Assembly: GCA_050230475.1 (NCBI GenBank)
Contig: JBFLGF010000003.1
Coordinates: 62,001-126,000, forward strand
Length of the DNA stretch: 64,000 nucleotides
Direction of reading: 5' to 3'
Source: Ancylonema sp.
Lineage: Eukaryota
This document shows, piece after piece, positions 39,118 through 50,100 of this stretch. Both the position numbers and the translations under genes were made by a program. Under the pieces are notes generated by a model. That model had not been told where the DNA came from. It made no database searches and saw only the letters and a list, made by a program, of their open reading frames with translations. Numbering within the stretch: the first letter of the stretch is position 1; each line of letters opens with the position of its first letter.

Positions 39118-39600
39118 TTCGTCCATTCCAGGGGGCCGAGGGGGACGCGTGGATCTAGTGATATATAGCGGACCCGACGCGTGTTGACCTAGTCATACGA
39201 GCATGCCGCCTCAGAAGCTGCGCGGCAGAAGGGGACGCGAGGGGACACCTTCACCCAAAATACGCTAATATTGTCCCGGTTCTATCGCCATCGAGACGTA
39301 CGGTGCGTTATTGTCTCAAGATGATGAATTCCTGCGCGACTGCGCCCGACGAGCATTTTCCGACTATGGCGGATCATCCCCCTGTACTAGCGTCCTCGTC
39401 ACTTGGTTTCGGCAGCGTGTTGCGGTCACACTTCAGCGTGCGCAAGCTCGAGCGATTTATGCGCGTATGGCTCGTCTTGAGTCGTCTTCCACTTCGCTAT
39501 CTACACTTCCCTCTTCCGCGATTATCTCAGCCGGGGATCTCATGGCGTTTACGGGGTTTTCTTACATTTTTTGTTTGGTAGAGAGTTTTATGGTACGGTT
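39118..39600 (+). mobile_element. 5'-truncated CRE-like non-LTR retrotransposon 3' end (REL endonuclease C-terminus)
   Basis: GRVDLVI, IETYGAL...EFLRDCARR...WFRQRVAVTLQRAQARAI. Confidence 0.75.
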
Positions 39601-40417
39601 CTAATAAGAATTGTATATTATCGAAAAACGAACGGGAACCCCATCTCATTACAAGAACGTGCCCGTAAAGAAACTGCATATCCCAAAAAACTACAAAGCC
39701 GATACTAATGTGTTCTAATAAAAAACGACAAATATGCGAGCCGATCGTACTAGCCAAAACTAGCTACAATATGCAACTCCGAAGAAGAAAGTGGAACGCG
39801 TAGTGGTGGGGGAGGTAAAATGGCCATGGATTGCTCTAGAGTTAGGGTTCTAGCATGTATCGCATGTACTTGTGACCGTTGCAATGCAATCGACACTCTT
39901 CGACAGAACCGTGTGCACAACAAGCTAATGGAGGGCCCTGATATTGCAGACTCTCTAGATGCTAATGTGGCACACTCGACCAAAAATCGATCCGACCTAT
40001 CAAACAATGCGCCGTACATCTCAAGAGCAAGGGGCACAAATTTTGTCCCAGCTCCGCGATCCCGATAGCGGGATTCCTTCTTTTACTCCGCATCTATGGC
40101 AGCGACGAGATCATGTCTAGCGGCGCGCTCCACCAAATAACGACGGGTAGGGTGTGCAACAACAATGTCGATCAAAGTGTGCCCCACCGCAGCATCCGAA
40201 ATCACAAAATCGACACGCCCTCCGCGCCGCCCTCGGAGCCGATGAAGGAAGTAAGCTAGTGCGCTCCCGATGCGCGTGCTGGCGCGACTCACGAATAATG
40301 TGGTAAACCGCATCGCGCACAAAATCATGGGATGAAGTGCGCTCTCCTCTGCGAGCGTAGCGTAGGAGGTGGGTCCCCAGAGGATCCAACGGGTGGCCAC
40401 ATGAACACGCCGCATAC
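39601..40417 (-). mobile_element. 5'-truncated CRE-like non-LTR retrotransposon (CCHC finger plus REL endonuclease and 3' UTR)
   Basis: CSCGHPLDPLGTHLL...SHDFVRD, RVDFVISD...TLIDIVVAHPT, FVPLALEMYGAL...RVSIALQRSQ. Confidence 0.85.
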
Positions 40418-40849
40418 TTGTTCACGTGCCTGCAGACCAGCACAACTGTGGCTGGGGCCAGAAAGCACGATGGCCTGCTCTGGATGTGCCTATTCGGCCG
40501 AGATAGGCTAATATTGTCGGGTTTTAATCACGGTCAATTTGTACGGGTATGATGGGGTTAAATTCCCCCAGATAGGGAATTCTCCCCATTCTAGATTTGC
40601 CAAACGGAATGGTTTTGCCAAATTTGGACAGCCCCGAGTTGCCGAGTTGCCGAGTTTTCCGACTTTGCGGACGAATACTTTTATCCCGCCAGCTGAAAGC
40701 CGAGCATGCAGATCTTTACCATCTGTGGTACAGACAGTTGTGGCAGGGACAGGCCAAGATAAAACCCGATCAATCATGCGTGCATTAAAAGGGACATCTG
40801 GCAGAGGCTGTATTTCTGGCTAAACCCACTTCAGCTATTTCCGGGTACA

Positions 40850-41590
40850 ATGTCTCTATATTTTCGTGTCTGTTCTACACAGCTCCGAATTATTTACAAG
40901 GCAGTGAGCATTTTCTTTCTTATATCAGCTCAGGCCAGTGTCATCCACTCTCAGCCCTCATCGCTACCCATTGATTACAATGAAGGAGACAAGGTGGAGA
41001 TCCAGTGCAGGATTTCAGGCGAAGAACAGTGGGGAACAGGTCCAATGTGCCACGAGACGGGGAAGGGGCTGCAATTCAACTTTGGAATAGATTCCTTTCG
41101 CTACTGTGGCCTGTTTGTCGCGAATGAGACAATTTACAAACAGTACGTGTCCCTCATCAATCTCGAGAAAACCTGGCACTGCCGCGTCCCTGTAGACCCG
41201 TCAAAACTATCATTCGTCCCGTTCACACTACCATTATGGGGTGAAATAGGCACAGATTATGTAAAAATGAACAACCGGTTGAATTTTATGTTTCATGTAA
41301 AGTTTGGGAAAATTGTGGGAGCAGCGGCATACCCTGTTAAGGACCACTTTCAGTATGTCAAAATAGAGAACTTAGTTCCAATACATGGTAGTGTCAAGTG
41401 GTTTCATCAAAACACATTCCAAGCGGAAGCCTTAGGCACTTCAATCACCGCTACTACAGGTGCGGAAGATTGGTTGATAGTTCTCGCCAGCAGTGGAGTC
41501 TCTTGCTTGCTGACCTTAGTCTTCGCAGCTATCTTGTACCAAAGACGTTTGAAGCCTGCAATTATTCGCAAGTGTCTAAAGAAGGAGTAG
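40850..41590 (+). CDS. Intronless 246 aa predicted single-pass membrane protein (signal peptide, Cys-containing lumenal domain, C-terminal TM, terminal KKE)
   Basis: Uninterrupted ATG-to-TAG ORF with hydrophobic segments at both ends. Confidence 0.85.
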   Translation: MSLYFRVCSTQLRIIYKAVSIFFLISAQASVIHSQPSSLPIDYNEGDKVEIQCRISGEEQWGTGPMCHETGKGLQFNFGIDSFRYCGLFVANETIYKQYVSLINLEKTWHCRVPVDPSKLSFVPFTLPLWGEIGTDYVKMNNRLNFMFHVKFGKIVGAAAYPVKDHFQYVKIENLVPIHGSVKWFHQNTFQAEALGTSITATTGAEDWLIVLASSGVSCLLTLVFAAILYQRRLKPAIIRKCLKKE

Positions 41591-42184
41591 GCCTAAGTAG
41601 AGATAATTACCCCCATCAAAATTGTGGATTTGTTGATGATGACTTCTTTATCAAGACTTGGGTCATCGATAAAGGTCTTCACGACAAAAAATATCATGAG
41701 TGACATACATGATCTTATTGATAACAAGAACAAGTAAAAAACAGAAATGTTTCATCCCACCTTTTTCTTTGGCTTCAAAAGAGGTACATGGCTTCAAAAT
41801 GTGAAGCAATTTGCGGAATGTGCTGTCGAGTTGCCTGAACTCATCACATCAGGTACACCTACCTTCTTATGTAACTTTATATACATCCATGTTTGTATGT
41901 ATAGATATATTTACAAGTGCACGTATTTTCGAACGCTCATATATATTAACACCCATGAACATGTGAGTTGTTTTATTGTGTTTTTATGTGTAGTCCATAC
42001 ATGTATGTGACCTGCACATTTGCATATGCAGTTGTATAATTGCACTTATGCACCGATGTCATATATGTTAGTCGGTGTGTTTATGATGGATACATATTTG
42101 TGGAGAAAGATGAAAATTGCATATCTGTATAGACACACCTAGTTCAAGAGCGTGAGAGATCGATTGCCGATTAAGTGCGCGGTG

Positions 42185-42403
42185 GTACGTACATACATCA
42201 TGTATGCAGACATGTATCCATATAGACATACATACCCATATACATACATGCCTACATGCATACCAACATATATACTTGCATATACACGTACATACATATA
42301 TACATACATATATACATACATATATACATACATATACACATACATATATACATACATACATACATACATAATACGTACAAACATATGTACATACGGATAT
42401 GTG

Positions 42404-42501
<98 letters not shown>

Positions 42502-42510
42502 TACATACAT
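42185..42510. repeat. (ACATAC)n / (ATAC)n microsatellite
   Basis: Directly visible. Confidence 0.97.
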
Positions 42511-43039
42511 TATAGATACCCCCCTTACATGGCCACGGAGTTACAAAGATGATTATGGACTAGCAAGACAGATTCTTGATCTTTGATATGTGATTCGAAC
42601 TGCATGGGGAGAAACGGAAAGCGTTCTTGATATCGGCCAGGAGAATTTGGCGACATGTTCTTATTGCTCTACAACCTTTCTTAAATGCTCACAAATCGCT
42701 TACCACATATTGCTATCACGAAGTTAGACACAACAAACGACCAAATATTGGAGTGGGCAATGAATCAAACACCCAATCGATTGTGAAGCGTACACTATTT
42801 TTGTTTGTCTTGTGAATGTGAAGGACCTCTGTTTGCTTTCATGTCGACCCACTTTGAAATCATCATCCCGAATGGGATTTGCAACACATCACAAACATAT
42901 CGCAAATGTCACGATCATAACATGTAAAGTCAAAGCGTGACGATGCAACATCTTTTTTAAATACCGAATTATTTTGATAGTATATACAATCACCATACAC
43001 ATCAAAAAATGTCAAGAATAGGTTAGACAATGTCAACCT

Positions 43040-44060
43040 GCACGTGTGATACAACATTGTACACATGCATCTCATGCCATGTGTGCAACTACAAAACACT
43101 GACTCTCACATCTACATCATGCAATATGAAACCTCTTGCAGCGTGTGATGGTATCCACAAGGAAAGACTAGTACCCTTGGCTTTAAAAATGAACAATTGG
43201 ATATGTGTACACGCATCATCGAGCGCATGTGCACAAATACACACATGTGCTCGATGAAGTTATCACAAGGGTACATGCATGCGAGGTAGACTGTGGAGTA
43301 TACACATTCAAGCACCCATCATGGCTACAAAGAGGCATTCTTCGTGTCTGACTAATGTGTCATTTAAACGTGTTAGTTCACAAGTCGTCACGTCTGTGTA
43401 AAATGACAGGAGTCTTATTTTTTCGACACCACCACATAGTCTGTCCATGCCCCCGTCATGCTATCTAGCATCGTCTACACGCACATGTGTAAGACACCGC
43501 TATAACGAATAACTCACACGTGGCATCGCACAAACGAACACATCACACGTGTCCACCACTCGAGTGAACACACAAAACACCACACCCGAATCACACGAGC
43601 GAACCCGCACGTGTGATACAATGCATTGTACACATGCATCTCATGCCATGTGTGCAACTACAAAACACTGACTCTCACATCTACATCATGCACTAAACAT
43701 GTCCTTTTTTGGCGCATAGCATCTTCTCCACATCGAAACCTGGGGTAGATTGTGGACCATTTGCAACACATGGGATAAGGGGAGATGGAGGTTGAACTCA
43801 TTGAGAGTGATGATGATGGTGTCGACATGGGACCTTCCAAGATGACACTCGTGGAATGTAGGGAGTCTCTAAAAGGCATTGCAAACTATATCGCCCAAGA
43901 TGCTTGTCTTGGGGATGAAGATATGTCACAAGTCCAACAATTGGCAAACAAGTTATTATATTATCAGGCGATCAATAATAGCCTTAGAACGAGGTTCGTA
44001 CTGGTGAATAGACTTTGGTATGAAGATAATTGTATTGGCTCATTATAACGCGAACGGAAA
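43040..44060 (+). mobile_element. Decayed DNA transposon, possibly pogo/Tigger-like, with an internal direct repeat of about 85 bp (43040-43125 and 43607-43692)
   Basis: The repeat is visible; shares words with the MITE family; the acidic segment SDDDG...KMTLVECRESLKGIANYI resembles pogo transposase C-termini. Confidence 0.5.
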
Positions 44061-45781
44061 CTAAAGGGTGTAGCGGCTCAAGCAGTCCGCATTTGTGTTG
44101 TCTATCCCCGCCCGATGTTCCACCTTGAAGTCGTATTCTTCCAAGAGGAGGGTCCACCTGGCCAGCTTGCCCGTCAGCTTCTGAGTTGTCGTGATCCACT
44201 TCAAGGGCTCGTGGTCCGTAACGAGGGTGAAGGAGTTGCCGGAGAGGTAGGACCGGAAGTGGCTTGTCGCCCAAACTACCACCAAATACTCCCCTTCAAA
44301 CGACGAGTAATTTTGCTCTGCTGCGTTGCAAGATCGGGAATCGAAGCACACGATGTTCCACCCCGTTCTCGCCCACCTGGCTGAGTATCGCCCCCATGCC
44401 ACGCTGACTCCAATCAGTAGTCAGGATGAAAGGGTTGTATGGATCCGGAAGTTTGAGAATAGCGACGCTGCACAACTGCTCCTTCAACTCCTGGAATGCA
44501 GCCGCCTGTGCCTTGCCCCACTCCCAAGGGCGGTCATTTTTCATCAATGCGTGGAGGGGGAAGGCTATTGTACTGAAATGTTGAACAAATTTCATGTAGT
44601 AGGAAAAAAGGCCCGGGGCTACCCTTAGCCCTGATAAGTCTGTCAGTGCGGGCAAATCCCTCACAACTGCCAACTTGTCCTGCTGCGGCTCCAGCTTGTC
44701 GGCGGAGATGCGATGTCCTAGAGAGTCGATGCTATCTGCTCCAAAGACACATTTGCCGGGGTGTACATTCAGCCCCGCCTCCCAAAGCCGCTAGAATACC
44801 ACACAAAGATGTTTCACGTGTTTCTCCACGTTGCGGGACTAGATAACGATGTCGTCAATGTAGCATCTGCAAAAAGGGAGATCCCGCACCACTTGGTCCA
44901 TGCGCCTCTGGAAGTAGGGCGGGGCGTTCTATAAACCGAAGGGAACCACTAGCCACTCCCAAAGGATGTGATTGGACCCCTAGAATGTTGTCTTGCACCG
45001 GTCGTCCTCCCTGACTGGCATTTGGTAGTAGCCGCTGCGTAGGTCCAGCTTGGAGAAGTTGGTAGCCCCCCCCATCTGGTTGAAGATGTCCTCGATCCTT
45101 GGCAAGGGGTACCGGTCCAGAGTCGTCTCTATGTTCAGGGGTCGGTAGTCACCGCATTGTCGGAAATCGGTGTAGTTTCCCTCTGCGTCTTTCTTGCGCA
45201 CTACCACTGTTGCCGATGCGTAGGAAGATTTCGTTGACCGCTGAATGAAGCCGAGGGTTTCTAGTTTCTTGCATTGCGCTTCCACGAAGGCCCACTCCAC
45301 CTGACCCAACTTGTGAGGGGTCGAAAGATGGATTTTTCAGAGTTGAGGTTGATCCTCATTGGCTCCCCTGTGAAGTCATGGGGCTATATGTCTTCGAGTG
45401 AGAGGGCGAAGCGATCCGCGTTGTTGTCCAACATGGCCAGTACTCGAACTTGGTCTTTCTCCTCAAGGCTGCTACCGAGGTTGAACCTTGTTGGATGCTT
45501 GTCTCTCTAAGGGGGACCTGGTGCATTCCCCCCCTCACCCTCAGGCTCCAAAACCCTAGGGTTTTGAGGAGACCTAAATTTCTCTTCTGAAGCCAGGAGT
45601 TCAGCTACCACAACTTGGGTTGCCTTGCGCTGAAGTCCTCTAGGTGTTTGGAACATGAACGGGTCTGCAGCGACCATTTCTTTGAAGTCAGCCACATAGT
45701 TTATTGTCGCGTATGTTGGATGCATAACCCCCCCCCAGATGGTTGGATGGCTGCATTCTAGGTGGGGTGAGATTCCTATGC

Positions 45782-46800
45782 CTAGCTGGCATGCAAGATT
45801 GCACCCAGCCAACGCATGGTGTTGCCATCCAGAGCTCGTCCCAAGCGTATAGCGCGGTCCTCGTCGGACACCCCAGCGGCTGTTGTGTCTCCTAGCGTGT
45901 AGCCTAAGAGCATCTCCTTCTCCTTTGCATCCGGCTCCTCCCATTCATTGGTAACGATGTTGAAAACTTCGCCCTCTCCTGGCGCCCTATCGTCCTTCGG
46001 CCTGAAGCGTTGGACTTGAGGTATGATACCACCGTTGGCATGCATAGCCTGACACCCCCCTCAATGTTGTGTGAAGCAAAAGGGGGACGGTATGTATGTC
46101 CAGGCATTGTAGGGATGTGATGTTGCTTGAGGATAGAGGTCAAGGGAGGGGAAGGGGAAATGAGCTTTGGCAATTTAGCTTGCAGGATGGCTGGTTGAAG
46201 CATGTTGCTCTATACTAGTCTGACGGGATGCGCCGCTGCTCCCAGGTCTGCTGCATCCACCACTACGAGTGCTCCAATGAAGACCTAGACCAGGTCGCCC
46301 GCCTTCTTGACAGCATCGGTGCACCGCTCTCTAGGGTACGTGTTCTCTAGGATGTAGATCATAGGAGTGGCTTGGCCACGTTGGAAGAAGTTGATGATTC
46401 GTACCAGATCGTAGAAGAATCTGAATCTCGGATCCATTGTTCCTCGCTGTCGTCCAGCGTGGCTGACACTTTGACATTCCCAGCTGCCCCCATGCAAGTC
46501 CACTGAGCTATTGTGTGAAATGAGCTGTGTCAAAAAAGTTTTTGAGCATTGAGAGATGTTTTGGGGTAGTCTTTTGTCAAATGCATTAATCGCTGAGTCT
46601 TAGTTGATCCGGGTATTGTTGTTGAAGCGCATGTAGTGCAGCACGGGCGATGCGGCGGCTGATGGTATCTCGATCCATGTAGGTATAGCAGCGAACGGTG
46701 TAACCCGTTGCAAGTGCACTACAAAGCACACCCAACCCAACACCACCAAACAACTCATGTACATGTAACCCATCACGTGTGGCCTGGGCACTGAACAGGC
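45782..46800 (-). pseudogene. C5 cytosine methyltransferase domain within the retrotransposon pol region
   Basis: Motif I ELFGGVG (about 46750), motif IV GGSWECQSVS (46462-46491), motif VI ILENT (about 46345), motif VIII AAAH(P)VRL (about 46225), motifs IX-X EKEMLLGY...RAIRLGRALD; contains stops and frameshifts. Confidence 0.9.
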
Positions 46801-47146
46801 TGGTCGTCGTATTGATTAGAGCTGCACCCATAACAACGTCTATCCATTTGGATGTTGGTGACGAGGGGACAAGGGAATGAGGGGTGACGGCAGCCAACCT
46901 GACCACTGCATTTTTCCTTCGCGCCAGGTCGTGCCCCCTCACCTCCTTGGTCACCCTTACCAAATCTGCTGCGTCGCATGCCTAGGACAGAAGGCTAAGT
47001 TGAACTGCTGCCAATTGCATCGGGAATGTGTAATATCCCCATTCAGATGATGTCGTCTTCTACACCCTGCACATCTTGCAGCTCCGCTTCGTTGCCGATG
47101 AGGCCGTTGAAGCATGCGTAAGCCACTACGGGTGGAGTAGAGGTAT

Positions 47147-50100
47147 TGTAAGGGGCATAGCTTAATGCAAAGATGGGATGTGTCATATGGTAAAGTATCG
47201 TGTCATGTACAACGAGATTATCACGTTATATGTCGTTTTGGTAATGTCTTTGTCGAAGTCTGAGTTTAGACATCAAATGACTTTTGTGTGTCACTGAATA
47301 TAACTCTAGGCGTGAGTACGTCGTACGTTCAGTCACCGTGATAAAAGAGTGTTTTTAGGTAATGATGTATCTGCGTCAAGCCCGGCGAAGCAATGTTTCT
47401 ATCACCACATTCAGACTTGCATTCAGAGTGTGAGACACAATCTGATCTTTGGGGTAAACAGCCTGCACGGAGCTCACTTCAGACGCAATGCGCCAAGTGC
47501 CGATGAGCTTCCTTATATTTGGACGATAGTCTCAGAGGTCCCCGCTAGACAAAGGGGCGTGTTTCTAAGCCAATGGGACGGTATCTCTAGTTCATCTGTG
47601 ATTGCTTTGCGCTACCACTAGGATGCGACCAAGATCTGAGTTAATGGTTGGATCGAGCGAACCTTTATTCGCCAGGCTTAAGTTTAGCGCATACGTCTTT
47701 CGCGACCAATCCTATTGTTCCATCCATTTGTAACTCTGAGACGAAGTCTAGCGCGTACGCCTTGCTAGACTAATCATATCGTTCCACTTGGGACTCTGAA
47801 CTACGACCGACATTTTAAGTATCTGACGAAGATCTCCAAAACGCCTCGAAACAAACACAATCTTTCAGATTCTGTTTATAAATTGATTGTTTCCCCGTCA
47901 GTACGGCCGATCTTCTAGTTCTGATCCCCGACTCACCTCGTCTAATAAACGTATTAAAAGTGACGTGGGTTGTTCTAAATCGCGCGTTCTGATATCGTAA
48001 CAACGAATCTACGCTACCGATCTTATACGTCCTGACATACACGATGGTAAAATGTGCACTAAAGGAAGCAAGTTTTACATGAGTTGTTAGAAGCGAGAAA
48101 GACTACGCTTCTAACTCGTATAAGTACTAAGGGAAGAGTGAGAACACATGTAAGAACGCTCACTAGCGAAAGAGGACGAAGTCCGCGAACGACTAGTGAA
48201 TGTTCGGGAAAGACTGACGGAAAATCACTACACGACAAACAACTTAAGTTTCGCGAAACGAAATAACTAAAGAGTGACGCGAAACGAAAATAACTCAAGT
48301 GACGCGAAACTGTGAAAGTGACGCGAAACGAAACTAAAGGTCACACAGACTCTATATGTCGTACGGTAACTCTACTAGTGTTGGGAGCATACGCTAGTAT
48401 GGTCCTAACAGGAGCCCCCACTAAGAGGAGACTACGGGAGGAGTCGGACGGATCAGGATATCTTAAATAAAAATCAGATATTGCAGACTGTGCATTTGCC
48501 AGATTCTCCCCACAGGCTGCCACAGCGCTCTGAAATTCGTACCCGACCCAATCGAAAAGTACCAGATCTCCGCCTGAGGATCTTGGATCAGAATTTCGCG
48601 GACCTCGAAGGGAAGCCATCCACGTGGAGAGGGGGGGGGTTCTTCTCGACTCTGCCAGGAAACGTGTTCGCCACATGCGGTTCCAGGAGGCTGACATGGA
48701 AGACAGGAGGGATGTGCATGGAGGGAGGAATCAAGTCGGGAAGAGGAAGTGCCAACTGGACCAATGATAGGGAAGGGACCAAGACGACGAACATCCAGCC
48801 TGGAGGAAGGACGGGTTGTGGAGATGTTGCGTCGGAGGAGCCACACTTTATGGCCAGGTAGAGAAGTGTGGGGGGCAGGACGACGACGACGATTGGCGGA
48901 GGTCTCCATGGCCTTCCGAGCTTTGAGGATTCTCTTCTAAAGGACAACCTGGGCCTGTTGCAGTAGTTGTACGACGTACGAATCCACTCCAAGTGTCGCT
49001 AATTGATTGGATGTAGGAAGGAGGGACATGCTCGGATGGAATCCGTGATTGGCGAAGAAGGGGGAAAGTGTCGTAGCCGAGTGTTTCGAAATATTGTAGC
49101 TGAACTCGGCCAATGGGAGGAGGCCGGCCCAGTCGGTTTATTGATAGTCGCAGTAGATTCGAAGATATTGCTCCAGGACAGAATTGAGGCGCTCCGTCTG
49201 GCCGTTCGTTTGAGGATGAAAAGCAGATGAACGGTTGGCGTGGATCCCGAGAAGCTCCAGAACGCCTCCAAAAGTGAGAAGTGAAGATCGGATCGCGATG
49301 ATCGCTGACGATGCTGGCTGGTAGACCATGTACCCGAATGACGTGTTGAAGGACAAGAGCGCCCGCCACGTCAGGTGCAGGCATTGATTTTGTTGTCGGT
49401 ATGTGAAGATTGCTTGTTTTGTCAGCCGGTCCACGACCAGTAGGATCGCGTCATGGTAGTTGGAGGGAGGTAGATCTGTTATCCAGTCGAGTGACACGCT
49501 GGACCAAGGCCTGGATGGGATAGACAGAGGGGAAAGGTTAAGCCAAATGGCGCATGTCGTGTCGTACAACTTTGTTTCTTTGGCAGGCATCGCAACTACA
49601 TACGAATTATGTAGCTAATCCTTCCTGGCCATGCAAAGTATTGTGCGACAAGCGCCTGAGTACAGGCCACCCCATAGTGTCCCGCCAGAGGAGAATCATG
49701 ATACTGGTGTAGGATTGTGAGAATTAGGGCAGAAGAGGTAGGAGGGATAAGACTGCGTCCCTTAGAGTAGAGTAGGCCCATCTGCATGCTGAACTGCCCC
49801 ACTGCCGACCTGCCCAAAGGGCTGCCAGCTGGCAGTGCGGGGTTTGACTCCCGCCAGGCCCCTCGGTGATAGGTTTTGATGAGTGCAGATATTGTGATGT
49901 CTCCTGCGTGGGCTGCTGCTATCTCTGGAAGGAGGGGATCGTCTGGAGAGACCAGGATGGCGGCGGCAACGAGGTAGGGAGTATGATGTATGGGATGGGA
50001 AGGGGGTCTAGAGATAATGAGAAGGGAGGGGAGGGGAGGGGGATGGTAGTCTGGTCGGCGGGAGAGGGCATCGGGCTTTCCAGTGGCTGCGCCCTTCCGA

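Noticed and set aside
42068..42586. MCMC / YVYV / HTHT ORFs
   Set aside because: Translations of a microsatellite.
45782..46800. Host DNMT gene or bacterial restriction-modification contamination
   Set aside because: No introns or regulatory domains, no restriction gene, and collinear with retroelement protease and RT on the same strand.
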